Positions 8,322 through 16,824 of a DNA stretch of 64,000 nt are shown piece by piece. Position numbers and translations under genes: made by a program. The DNA is from Candidatus Saccharimonadales bacterium. GTDB taxonomy: Bacteria > Patescibacteriota > UBA1384 > 2-12-FULL-50-11. The stretch is from contig DATIHX010000008.1 in NCBI GenBank assembly GCA_035480235.1, forward strand, positions 96,104 through 160,103, written 5' to 3'. The notes beneath the pieces are model-generated. The model was not told the origin of the DNA and did not search any database. It worked only from the letters and a program-made list of their open reading frames with translations. Every line of letters begins with the position of its first letter. Position 1 is the first letter of the stretch.

Positions 8322-8951
8322 TTAATTATTGTAGCTTCGGCGACCTTCGATGGCCCGGGAAAGAGTGAGTTCGTCGGCGTATTCGAGGTCACCGCCCACC
8401 GGCAGGCCGCGGGCGAGGCGGGTAACGATAATTTCTTTGCCGATTCGGCCGGCTTTGATCCGTTCGCGGATTTGTTCGTCGATATATAAGGAAGTGGCTT
8501 CGCCTTCCAGCGTTGGGTCGGGCGCCAAAATAACTTCTTTAACGCTGCCGTCTTCTAGGCGCTTGAGGAGCGATTCCACTTCCAAGTCCCCCGGCCCGAC
8601 GTTGTTGATTGGTGAAATTTGGCCGCCCAGGACGTGGTAACGGCCGTCGAACCGGGCTTTTTCTAGCGCCAGAACGTCCAGCGGTTCTTCTACTACTGCC
8701 ACTTTGTGAGCGACGCGGTCTTTGTCGGTGCAGATGTCACACGGATCGGTTTCGGCGACGATGTGGCAGATGTGGCAAGTGGTTAAGTTATCTTTGAGGG
8801 TGGAAAAAGAAGCGCCGAATTTTTTCAGTTCGTCGTCGCTCCGGCCGAGCAGGTAAAAGGTGAGGCGGTTAGCGGTTTTTGGCCCGATGCCGGGCAGCGA
8901 CGATAAGACTTCAGAGAGTCGTTGGATGGATTTGGGGAGAATCGATTTCAT
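8322..8951 (-). CDS. recR: recombination protein RecR
   Basis: HhH motif (LPGIGPKTANRL), C4 zinc finger and Toprim domain. The start is taken at the internal ATG (MKSILPK). Confidence 0.93.
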   Translation of the reverse strand: MKSILPKSIQRLSEVLSSLPGIGPKTANRLTFYLLGRSDDELKKFGASFSTLKDNLTTCHICHIVAETDPCDICTDKDRVAHKVAVVEEPLDVLALEKARFDGRYHVLGGQISPINNVGPGDLEVESLLKRLEDGSVKEVILAPDPTLEGEATSLYIDEQIRERIKAGRIGKEIIVTRLARGLPVGGDLEYADELTLSRAIEGRRSYNN

Positions 8952-9001
8952 CGCTTCGTCATTGTACTGGAAAAATCGAGCGTGGAAACATGGCAAGCCT
9001 C

Positions 9002-9030
9002 TTGACTTTTCGTCTGTTTTTTGATAGAGT
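9002..9030 (+). promoter_or_regulatory. promoter for the frameshifted gene
   Basis: TTGACT, 17 nt, (TGA)TAGAGT. Confidence 0.6.
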
Positions 9031-9065
9031 ATTTCAGAACATTGTTCATCGACATGGAGGCGAAA

Positions 9066-9547
9066 ATGATTTCAATTAATGGCCTTGATAAGGCTGCTGT
9101 TCTGGCAGCACTCTACAATGCGTCGCGGCCGCAGGGGATGGGCTTTATGCACTATGACCCGAAGCCGATGGAGGTTGAAGAAGCCCGAACTCTTCTGAGG
9201 GGGGGTCTTACTTAGAGTATCTGAAGGGTCGTGTTATGAAGATCGACCTTTCCACCGATGAGCTCGATCCCCGTCTCTACGACAGGGATAATGGCGACGG
9301 AACAGCCCAGAGGATTATCGAGATTCTGGCGGAGACGGGCGCGAGTAACAGCATCGTAGGTCAAGTGATTCATAGCGACGGGCGATCTAAAGCTGGGGAC
9401 GCAGTGCTGGAAAACCTACACGGCGACACGACTTTCGCACGGGATGGATCGGTTACAACAGTGATGGTTGGCCTTTCCGATGTTGCGGACGTCTTGGAGC
9501 CTGCGGTGAAAGCTGCCGTCGACAAAACGCCCCCACCCGGAGTCTAG
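9066..9547 (+). pseudogene. hypothetical ~160-aa protein split by a frameshift at a G7 tract
   Basis: ORF 9066..9215 (GGAGG 5 nt upstream) and ORF ..9547 join into one frame if the G-run 9199-9205 is read as G8 (...LRGGSYLEYLKGRVMKIDL...). Confidence 0.6.
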
Positions 9548-9558
9548 CTCACATACGG

Positions 9559-9590
9559 CCGTTATCGCATAAAAGCGATAACGGTTTTTT
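9559..9590. terminator. bidirectional intrinsic terminator
   Basis: CCGTTATCGC-ATAAAA-GCGATAACGG followed by T6. Confidence 0.8.
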
Positions 9591-9591
9591 C

Positions 9592-11856
9592 TTACTCGGT
9601 TTTGGCGACGGCAGCTTCGGTGGCTTCTTTCGTGAAGTCGCAATTAGAGCACTTGAGGCCGTCTTTTTTCTTTAATAGTAAGTGACCGCAGTCGGGGCAC
9701 TTTTCGGTGGTGGGTTCGTCCCAAAAAGCGGTTTTGCAAGCGGGGTAGTTGTTACAGCCCCAGAAAATTTTGCCGCGTTTGGAACGCTTCTTAACTAAAT
9801 CGCCTTTGGCGCAGTTGGGGCATTTGACGCCGGAGCTAACTTCCACGGATTTGGTGTATTTGCACTTCGGGTAGTTGCTGCAGCCAATAAACGTGCCGAA
9901 ACGACTTTGCTTCACAATTAATTCGCCGCCGTCTTCCGGGCATTTCTCTTTAATCATTTCTTGCAGAATTGGGCTGATGGCTTTTTCTTCGCTGCCGCCG
10001 GCCGTGCCCAAAAACGGCTCAGTGTGTTTGCAATCGGGGAAGCCGCTGCAGGCGTAGAACTTACCGAAACGGCCGAGTTTCAGCACGAGCGGCTTACCGC
10101 ACTTTGGGCAGATTTTATCTGTTTCCTCCACCACGTTTTTCTTTTCCAATGTCCCCTCTTTTTCTTTGAGGAGTAACGCAAACGGCTCGTAGAAATCCCG
10201 CAAAACCGGCACCAGCTGTTTGTCGCCATCGGCGATGTCGTCCAGCTCGTCTTCCATTTTGGCAGTGAAGTCATAGTCGATAATAGCCGGGAAGTTTTCT
10301 ACTAGTAAATCGGTGACCACGCCAGCCACGTCTTCCGGCACAAAGCGGCCGGTTTGCTTAGTCACGTAACCGCGGTCAACGATGGTGCTCATAATTGGCG
10401 CGTAAGTGGACGGCCGGCCGATGCCGCGCTTTTCCAGTTCTTTAACCAGCGTGGCTTCGGAATAACGAGCTGGCGGTTCGGTGAAGTGCTGCTCGGTTTC
10501 CATTTTCTTGACCGTCACCTTCTCGCCGGCGGTCATTTTAGGAAGTTTCACAAAACGTTCTTCCGAGTCTGGGTAAACTTTAAGAAATCCGTCAAAAGAC
10601 AGTTCGCGGCCGCGGGCAATTAAATCAATTTTAGCCGAACTGCCAACCCTGACGATGGTATTTTTAACTTCGGCCGGCGTCATCTGCGAGGCCATCGCCG
10701 CTTGCCAAATTAAGGTGTAAAGGCGGGCGTGGTCGCGCTCTAGGCTTTTGCTGGCCACTGCCGGCAGCAAGGCGAAATCGGTTGGGCGGATGGCTTCGTG
10801 GGCTTCTTGGGCGCCGCGAACTTTTTTGGTGAAAGTATTAGGCACGGCGGGTTGGTAGCGCTCACCGTATTGGCTAACAATCTGGGCGCGGGCTTGGGTT
10901 TTAGCAGTGTTCGATAAATTGTACGAATCGGTTCGCATGTAAGTAATTAGACCTTGGGCTGGGCGGCCGTCGACACTCATACCTTCGTAAAGGTCCTGAG
11001 CAATTTTCATTGTCCGTTTGGCGGAAAATCCGAGAACGCGCGAGGCCATCTGCTGCAAAGTGGAGGTAATGAGCGGCGGCGATGGGCGCAGCGTGGTGTT
11101 AGTTTCACTGATGTCGGCCACATTGAAATCGGCGTTTTTCAGTTGGTTTAAGATTTTGTCGACTTCGGCTTTGGTAGCCAGTTCCAACTTGGCGGTGGAG
11201 CCTTCTTTAACAAGCGTGGCCGGGAATTCGCCAGCGGCCGCTTTCAAGATAGCTTCCAATGTCCAGGATTCTTTGGGCACAAAAGCTTTAATTTCCCGTT
11301 CGCGCTCCACCACTAACCGCACGGCCACGCTTTGGACCCGGCCGGCCGATAAGCCGCGGTAAACTTTTTTCCACAGTAGCGGCGAGAGTTTATAGCCAAC
11401 TAAACGGTCTAGGGCTCGGCGGGCTTGTTGAGCATCAACCAGATTTTGATCGATATCTCTGGGGTTAGCTACCGCCTCTTGAACCGCCTGCTTGGTGATT
11501 TCCGAGAAGCTGACTCGGTGAATTTTGGGATTTGGTTTTTGGGGTTTGGTTTTTTCCAGGCCAAGAGCCTGGATAAGATGCCACGCGATCGCCTCGCCTT
11601 CGCGGTCTGGGTCGGGCGCCAGGTAAAGTTCGTCTGCGTCAGCGATATCTTTCTTTAATTCGGCTAGAACTTTTTTTGCCCGGACGATCGGCTGATAGTC
11701 GATGGCGAAGTCGTGATCCACATCGATGCCGAGTTTACTCTTCGGCAAATCGCGGACGTGGCCGAAAGAGGCTTTGACCGTAAAGTCTTTGCCAAGATAG
11801 CCAGCGATGGTTTTGGCTTTGGCAGGAGATTCGACAATAACAAGTTTTTTAGGCAT
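9592..11856 (-). CDS. topA: DNA topoisomerase I
   Basis: Toprim N-terminus, ITYMRTDS active-site region and multiple C-terminal C4 zinc fingers. Confidence 0.97.
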   Translation of the reverse strand: MPKKLVIVESPAKAKTIAGYLGKDFTVKASFGHVRDLPKSKLGIDVDHDFAIDYQPIVRAKKVLAELKKDIADADELYLAPDPDREGEAIAWHLIQALGLEKTKPQKPNPKIHRVSFSEITKQAVQEAVANPRDIDQNLVDAQQARRALDRLVGYKLSPLLWKKVYRGLSAGRVQSVAVRLVVEREREIKAFVPKESWTLEAILKAAAGEFPATLVKEGSTAKLELATKAEVDKILNQLKNADFNVADISETNTTLRPSPPLITSTLQQMASRVLGFSAKRTMKIAQDLYEGMSVDGRPAQGLITYMRTDSYNLSNTAKTQARAQIVSQYGERYQPAVPNTFTKKVRGAQEAHEAIRPTDFALLPAVASKSLERDHARLYTLIWQAAMASQMTPAEVKNTIVRVGSSAKIDLIARGRELSFDGFLKVYPDSEERFVKLPKMTAGEKVTVKKMETEQHFTEPPARYSEATLVKELEKRGIGRPSTYAPIMSTIVDRGYVTKQTGRFVPEDVAGVVTDLLVENFPAIIDYDFTAKMEDELDDIADGDKQLVPVLRDFYEPFALLLKEKEGTLEKKNVVEETDKICPKCGKPLVLKLGRFGKFYACSGFPDCKHTEPFLGTAGGSEEKAISPILQEMIKEKCPEDGGELIVKQSRFGTFIGCSNYPKCKYTKSVEVSSGVKCPNCAKGDLVKKRSKRGKIFWGCNNYPACKTAFWDEPTTEKCPDCGHLLLKKKDGLKCSNCDFTKEATEAAVAKTE

Positions 11857-11891
11857 GGAGTTTGCTTAGTATAACCTATACTTCTAGTTCT

Positions 11892-12075
11892 CAGCCAGGG
11901 CTGCCGTTCTATTCCAAAGGACAAGGGGCTTTTTGCGAGGCAGCCCCTTATCCTGTGGAGACTCCAATCCCTTCTCGCTTCTCTACGAGGTAAGGAGAAA
12001 ACCTCCGACTGCAAACCGGCAAATGGCACTGTTTGCTCCTCCGGTTTTAGGAACTATTTTATAGGCGACAAAAAG
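11892..12075 (+). ncRNA. structured intergenic repeat family, copy A
   Basis: Shares a conserved core and helices with 16825-17008, 38781-38971 and 51192-51383 (see findings). Confidence 0.6.
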
Positions 12076-12087
12076 AGAGGTAATACC

Positions 12088-12116
12088 TTGACTTTTTGGG
12101 ACGAATCTGCTAGTAT
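12088..12116 (+). promoter_or_regulatory. consensus-like extended -10 promoter
   Basis: TTGACT, 17 nt, (TGC)TAGTAT. Confidence 0.7.
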
Positions 12117-12158
12117 TCACCTGTTCTTTTACAGAACGGATACGGCAGGGAGGGATAC

Positions 12159-12770
12159 ATGAAAAGAATTACACTTGGGCTTCAACCTCGGAAAAGCTCC
12201 GGTGCCGGAGAAGTCCTTCTGGGACTTTTCGGAGGCACCCTATCGTTGCAGCGCATAGTCTTGGAGCGGGCATTTAAAGTGTTCCAGCCCAAGGCGCTTG
12301 ATTTCATCTGGCACATTCGGGAGAGCGAGAACCTCATTGCAGAGCCTCACCAGCTTTGGGTCGACTACCAGGCGTCGTTCGTCGATGCTGATTTCGAAGT
12401 TAGCGATAAGCTAACGTTGCTTGGTCAGTATTTGAAGGCGTTCGACGGACACCTCTTCAACGATAGCGAGGTGTGGGATGACGTGCTCCGCAATATGCCA
12501 GACACGCCCTACTGGAACCCCGAGTGGCCAATGCCAGCGCGCATCAAGGTCGGATGGGAGTATAGCAAGCCTCCGTACGATCTCACGGTTATCTATGGAG
12601 CTGACAGCGATGAGCAGATGGCCCACTTGCTCACACACCACCACCTCGACGACATCCTCAACGGGATGTTGCCAATCATTGAGGAATTTCTCAACAGAAA
12701 GGTACAAGAAATACTCAAGATGGATCCTTCGTGGTTCGATGAGGAATCAGAAGTCCTAGTTGAGGATTGA
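12159..12770 (+). CDS. hypothetical protein
   Basis: 203-aa ORF with GGGAGGG upstream, its own promoter and its own terminator. I recognise no motif. Confidence 0.7.
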   Translation: MKRITLGLQPRKSSGAGEVLLGLFGGTLSLQRIVLERAFKVFQPKALDFIWHIRESENLIAEPHQLWVDYQASFVDADFEVSDKLTLLGQYLKAFDGHLFNDSEVWDDVLRNMPDTPYWNPEWPMPARIKVGWEYSKPPYDLTVIYGADSDEQMAHLLTHHHLDDILNGMLPIIEEFLNRKVQEILKMDPSWFDEESEVLVED

Positions 12771-12779
12771 CCACAATTC

Positions 12780-12816
12780 AGCCGGACGAGACAAAATCTC
12801 GCCCGGCTATTTTTTT
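12780..12816. terminator. bidirectional terminator
   Basis: AGCCGGACGAG...CTCGCCCGGCT followed by T7. Confidence 0.75.
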
Positions 12817-13892
12817 AGACAATATTTGCCGGCGTCGTCTTGATGGACGAGCTCTAAAAGTTCCAATTGAGTAACGAGCGCCAGGAGGGTTTCGACCGGT
12901 TGGCTGGTTAGCTCAATTAACTGATCGATAGTCAGCGGTTCAGAGAGATTTTTGACGACAGTTTTGAGCTCAACGGTTAGATCTTCCGTGACGCTCCGCT
13001 TCGAACGCAACCCGTAATAATCGTCGAGTTGCTCGGCGTCGTCCAACAGCATCGCGCCTTTTTTAATTAAGAAATTGGTGCCTTCGGCTTGGTGGCGGGT
13101 GATGTCGCCCGGCACGGCAAAGAGGTCGCGGTTGTAATCGATGACGGATTTAGCAGTGGTCAGGCTGCCAGATTTTATCTTGGCTTCGATGACGACGGTG
13201 GCTGGCGCCAGTCCAGCTAAGATCCGGTTGCGGACCGGGAACTTCCAGGGCGCTGGCCGGTCGAGCGGCGGATATTCGCTAATTAGCGCTCCCCCATTTT
13301 CCACAATTTTATCACTCAAGCGGAAATGGTCGGTTGGGTAGATGGAGTCCAGGCCGCCGGCCAAAACGGCGATGGTTTTGCCATGACATTCCAGCGACCG
13401 TTCGTGGGCGGTTTTGTCGATGCCATAAGCTAAGCCAGAAGCGATGACGATCTTGCTAGCGAGTTTATCACTAAGTAAAGTTTTAACAGCCGCGAGCGCG
13501 TACGAAGACGGCTTGCGCGTTCCGACCACACTTAAAGCTTTTTGATGAGCTATTTTAATATCGCCGCGGTGGTAAAGCCAAAGCGGCGGATCGGGAATTT
13601 CTTTTAATAGTGGCGGATAGTTGGGGTCATCGATAGTAATAAGCTGAATATTTTTCGATTTTAATAGTCGTTCGCTGGCCGAAGTATTGGTTGGCCGGTT
13701 GACCAAAGCGTCGACTTGGCCGTTGGCTAAGCCGAGCTCGCGCCAGCCCATCTCGCCCATATCTAATAGTTCGCGACAGCTGGGAACTTTGGCCCGCAAA
13801 CGATTCCAACTAATCGGCCCCAGCGGTTGCAGCACCCCCAGCGCAATAATTTCCGCTGGCGTAATCCCCTTCAACCAAGCCTTCTTTGCCAT
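12807..13892 (-). CDS. dprA: DNA processing protein DprA/Smf
   Basis: GLAYGIDKTAHE and Rossmann-like DprA core, with a C-terminal winged-helix-like region. Confidence 0.9.
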   Translation of the reverse strand: MAKKAWLKGITPAEIIALGVLQPLGPISWNRLRAKVPSCRELLDMGEMGWRELGLANGQVDALVNRPTNTSASERLLKSKNIQLITIDDPNYPPLLKEIPDPPLWLYHRGDIKIAHQKALSVVGTRKPSSYALAAVKTLLSDKLASKIVIASGLAYGIDKTAHERSLECHGKTIAVLAGGLDSIYPTDHFRLSDKIVENGGALISEYPPLDRPAPWKFPVRNRILAGLAPATVVIEAKIKSGSLTTAKSVIDYNRDLFAVPGDITRHQAEGTNFLIKKGAMLLDDAEQLDDYYGLRSKRSVTEDLTVELKTVVKNLSEPLTIDQLIELTSQPVETLLALVTQLELLELVHQDDAGKYCLKK

Positions 13893-13991
13893 TTCGCGAG
13901 CGTTAGCGAACGGAAGAGAATGAATAACTCATTCCTTATATATACTGGAAAAAGTTCTAAAAGGTAATTTCGCTCATTCTTTCCATTCCCC

Positions 13992-14013
13992 ATTATATCT
14001 TTAAAGATATAAT
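13992..14013. repeat. 22-nt perfect palindrome
   Basis: ATTATATCTTTAAAGATATAAT. Confidence 0.9.
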
Positions 14014-14040
14014 AGAAACCTCTCTTACCCAAGAAATATG

Positions 14041-14074
14041 TACTACGTTATGCTTTATAAAGCATAACGTAGTA
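14041..14074. repeat. 34-nt perfect palindrome
   Basis: TACTACGTTATGCTTTATAAAGCATAACGTAGTA. Confidence 0.9.
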
Positions 14075-14158
14075 TTGGCAAATACTTATTAAATCCACCA
14101 TATGTGTTTAAACATATACTGCAAGTTGGTGACGAAAAACTGAATTCAGCTAACCCTA

Positions 14159-14187
14159 TTGACAGATCTTCCAAAAAATAGTATATT
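14159..14187 (+). promoter_or_regulatory. consensus -35 promoter
   Basis: TTGACA, 17 nt, TATATT. Confidence 0.7.
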
Positions 14188-14291
14188 TCCCTTACTTTCT
14201 GCGCTACGTGCGGCGCCCTGGTCCAGTAATTTACGATTGGGGTATATACATAGTAACAAGCTCGTTCGAGCGTAGGAGGGAACAAGGAAAG

Positions 14292-14317
14292 GCCGCCAGC
14301 AATGGTGGCTTTTTCTT
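14292..14317 (+). terminator. intrinsic terminator inside the leader (attenuator or sRNA end)
   Basis: GCCGCCA-GCAA-TGGTGGC followed by TTTTTCTT. It lies ~57 nt before the ATG at 14374. Confidence 0.7.
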
Positions 14318-14373
14318 AATGACAACTGACGTGGTAATTGATAGAATAACTCCAACGACTGTTTGGAGGAATA

Positions 14374-14694
14374 ATGGAGCACCTTAGAAAGATTGGAGCC
14401 AACGCAGAGGTTTACGAAGACTTGGGGAATCTCATCCTGACCGTCCGCAGTATGAGAGAAACATTTAGCGTTTCCTTGCCAAAAAGCCTTGCCGGCGAAT
14501 TAAGACAAATTCGCCACGTCAACCCGAAAGAGTTTGACAATATTATGGCCAGCCTAGCGAACCTCTACGAGAATTTTCACCTAGTAGCCATAATGACTTT
14601 TGGACTGTCTAAAACAAAACCGGAAGTTATGAACGAGCTCCGAGCCTTGATATGGAATTTTGGTAATAAGGTCAGCGATAAGATAGAAGGATAA
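14374..14694 (+). CDS. hypothetical protein
   Basis: 106-aa ORF with GGAGGA upstream. Confidence 0.7.
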   Translation: MEHLRKIGANAEVYEDLGNLILTVRSMRETFSVSLPKSLAGELRQIRHVNPKEFDNIMASLANLYENFHLVAIMTFGLSKTKPEVMNELRALIWNFGNKVSDKIEG

Positions 14695-14702
14695 AAACCG
14701 TT

Positions 14703-14729
14703 CCGCCACCTATCAAACGGTGGCTTTTT
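14703..14729 (+). terminator. intrinsic terminator
   Basis: CCGCCACC...GGTGGC followed by T5. Its 3' half (GGTGGCTTTTTCTTAAT) is identical to the terminator at 14303-14319. Confidence 0.7.
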
Positions 14730-14742
14730 CTTAATACTAACC

Positions 14743-14768
14743 AAAACCGGGCTGACGCCCGGCTTTTT
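14743..14768. terminator. bidirectional terminator after rplK
   Basis: AAAACCGGGC-TGAC-GCCCGGCTTTTT. Confidence 0.75.
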
Positions 14769-14788
14769 CTTACCCAGTTTCTTATTGG

Positions 14789-15214
14789 TTACTTCGCAAC
14801 TTCAATACCCATCGAGCGGGCGGTGCCTTCGATGATGCGCTCAGCTTGTTCGGGTGTCCGGGCGTTCAAATCTTTCATCTTGTTTTCGGCGATAGCCCGA
14901 ATTTGGTCTTTCGTCACCTTGCCAACTTTTTCTTTTTTGGCTTGGCCGGAACCTTTTTCTAACCCAGCGGCTTTGAGTAGTTGGTTGGCGGCCGGCGGAG
15001 TTTTAGTAATAAAGCTAAAAGTCCGGTCTTCGTAGACGGTCAGCTCAACCGGAATGATATTGTCGCCCATCGCCTTAGTAGCTTCGTTGAAGCCGGTGAT
15101 GAACTCCATCATGTTAACGCCGTGCGGGCCGAGGGCCGTACCGATCTGTTGGCCGGGGACGGCTTTACCGGCCGGTGCTTGGAGCTTAATAACGACTTTA
15201 ACTTTCTTGGCCAT
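14789..15214 (-). CDS. rplK: 50S ribosomal protein L11
   Basis: Typical L11 sequence ([18 protein letters not shown]...PPAA). Confidence 0.97.
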   Translation of the reverse strand: MAKKVKVVIKLQAPAGKAVPGQQIGTALGPHGVNMMEFITGFNEATKAMGDNIIPVELTVYEDRTFSFITKTPPAANQLLKAAGLEKGSGQAKKEKVGKVTKDQIRAIAENKMKDLNARTPEQAERIIEGTARSMGIEVAK

Positions 15215-15549
15215 TAGAATCCACCTCGCGCGAAGGTTAGTAGGCTAAACAAATACGCCAAAACTAAGATAAATACTAAAAGAATAATTGCTTGGAGGCG
15301 GCCCAGCCAATTTTCCTCTCGGCCAAGGGTGAAAATCCCAAAAATAAAGCCACTGACTAACAGAATTGGGACGCCGGCAAAAACGATCGGGTAAAGAGCG
15401 GCTAGATATGGGTTGGTCGGGGCAACGCCGCTAAAGGGCGTCGCGTTGGCGTGATCGAGAATAACGTTGAGGATCGATCCGATCAGAGCTAAGCCGACGA
15501 CGATACTTAAAGTGAAAATATTTTTTGATTGGGGTTTGTAAATTGGCAT
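15214..15549 (-). CDS. small integral membrane protein inserted between nusG and rplK
   Basis: Three predicted TM helices. Its start and stop overlap the neighbouring genes. Confidence 0.6.
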   Translation of the reverse strand: MPIYKPQSKNIFTLSIVVGLALIGSILNVILDHANATPFSGVAPTNPYLAALYPIVFAGVPILLVSGFIFGIFTLGREENWLGRLQAIILLVFILVLAYLFSLLTFARGGF

Positions 15550-16175
15550 TAGATTTTTTTAACTTGAAGAAAGTCGAGGTTAACCGGAGTTTCCCGGCCG
15601 AACATCGAAACCGAAACTTTAATTTTGCCTTTGACCGGGTCGACATCGGTAATTTTGCCTTCGTAACCTTTGAGCGGGCCGTCATTAATCCGGACCAAGT
15701 CGTCCACACTCAAGTCGACGGTGTGCTCCGGCTCGTCTTTGGCCATCCGAGCTTTAATCGAGTCGATCTCGGATTGTGGGATTGGGGTCGGGCGAACGCC
15801 AGAGCCCAAGAAGCCAGTAACGCTTGGGGTGTTGCGAACAACGTACCAAGATTCGTCCGTAACAATCATATTAACGAAGACATAGCCGGGAAACGATCGT
15901 TTTTCGACGGTTTTGCGCTTGCCGTTTTTAATTTCCACTTGCTTTTCTTTGGGCACAACCACCTCAAAAATGAAGTCTTTAAGTTTCAAAGTTTCAGCCC
16001 GTTGGTTAATATTTTCCGCTACTTGGTCTTCATAACCGGCGTAGGTGTGGATAACATACCAGCCAGCCACACCCGCTTGGCGGCCGAGTTCTTCCGGCTT
16101 ATCGGAGATGAGTTTGCTCTCGTCAATTGGAGCGGCGTCGATAGTGTCTTTAATGTCGTCAGTTTTGTCTGGCAT
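15549..16175 (-). CDS. nusG: transcription termination/antitermination factor NusG
   Basis: NGN domain plus KOW (GDLVRINDGPLKGYEGKI). Confidence 0.95.
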   Translation of the reverse strand: MPDKTDDIKDTIDAAPIDESKLISDKPEELGRQAGVAGWYVIHTYAGYEDQVAENINQRAETLKLKDFIFEVVVPKEKQVEIKNGKRKTVEKRSFPGYVFVNMIVTDESWYVVRNTPSVTGFLGSGVRPTPIPQSEIDSIKARMAKDEPEHTVDLSVDDLVRINDGPLKGYEGKITDVDPVKGKIKVSVSMFGRETPVNLDFLQVKKI

Positions 16176-16183
16176 TTTTTTAT

Positions 16184-16372
16184 TTAACGGTTAATTGCTA
16201 AAAGGAGTAATTTTTGGAGCAAATAGTCGACGCCGGCGAAAATCAGGGTGGCGACGGCCAAAGTGATAACCACCATCAGACTGTGGCGAATGACCGTATC
16301 GCGGTTTGGCCAGATAGTTTTCTTGCCTTCGTCAACGACGCCGTTAATGAAATTGATGGGAGCGAATTTCAT
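16184..16372 (-). CDS. secE: preprotein translocase subunit SecE
   Basis: 62 aa with a single TM helix, in the conserved position upstream of nusG. Confidence 0.85.
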   Translation of the reverse strand: MKFAPINFINGVVDEGKKTIWPNRDTVIRHSLMVVITLAVATLIFAGVDYLLQKLLLLAINR

Positions 16373-16737
16373 TACTTAGCGGCTTTCTTCGGTGCAGCTT
16401 TCTTGGCGGCTGGGGCTTTGGCTTCTGCTTTCTCGACTGGCTTTTCCGCAACTTTTCCGCCAATCGAAATCACTTCCAGCGCGCTCAGGTTCTGGCGATG
16501 GCCGTAGTGGCGAATGTAGCGAACTTTGTTTTTGAACTTCAAGCCGTGGATTTTTTCACCGCGCAGTTCTTCGGTAACTTTAAGGGTGACCGGAGTTTGG
16601 TCGAGTAAACTTTTGACAGTAATGGTCTCGCCGGCCTTCGTCTCCAGGCGGTTAACCTGGATTTTACTGCCCGCCAAAACGAGGTGCTGTTTGCCCCCGA
16701 GCTCGACGACGGCCCAATTGGTTTCGGTAGATGTCAT
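16372..16737 (-). CDS. rplU: 50S ribosomal protein L21 with a Lys/Ala-rich tail
   Basis: WAVVELGGKQHLV...HYGHRQ signature. Confidence 0.9.
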   Translation of the reverse strand: MTSTETNWAVVELGGKQHLVLAGSKIQVNRLETKAGETITVKSLLDQTPVTLKVTEELRGEKIHGLKFKNKVRYIRHYGHRQNLSALEVISIGGKVAEKPVEKAEAKAPAAKKAAPKKAAK

Positions 16738-16824
16738 ATTTTTAGAGTGTAACAGAGAATATTGTACTATTTTTTTAGAAATGCGTCAACGCGAGAAATA
16801 AGATCTTTTGAAGAATGCTTTTTG

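Noticed and set aside
11664-12029. Track ORFs crossing the four-copy repeat (11664..12029, 16767..16955, 16808..17173, 51156..51536)
   Set aside because: They have no RBS and run across gene starts or terminators. Their shared peptide strings arise from the conserved nucleotide element, and substitutions between copies preserve base pairing rather than codons.
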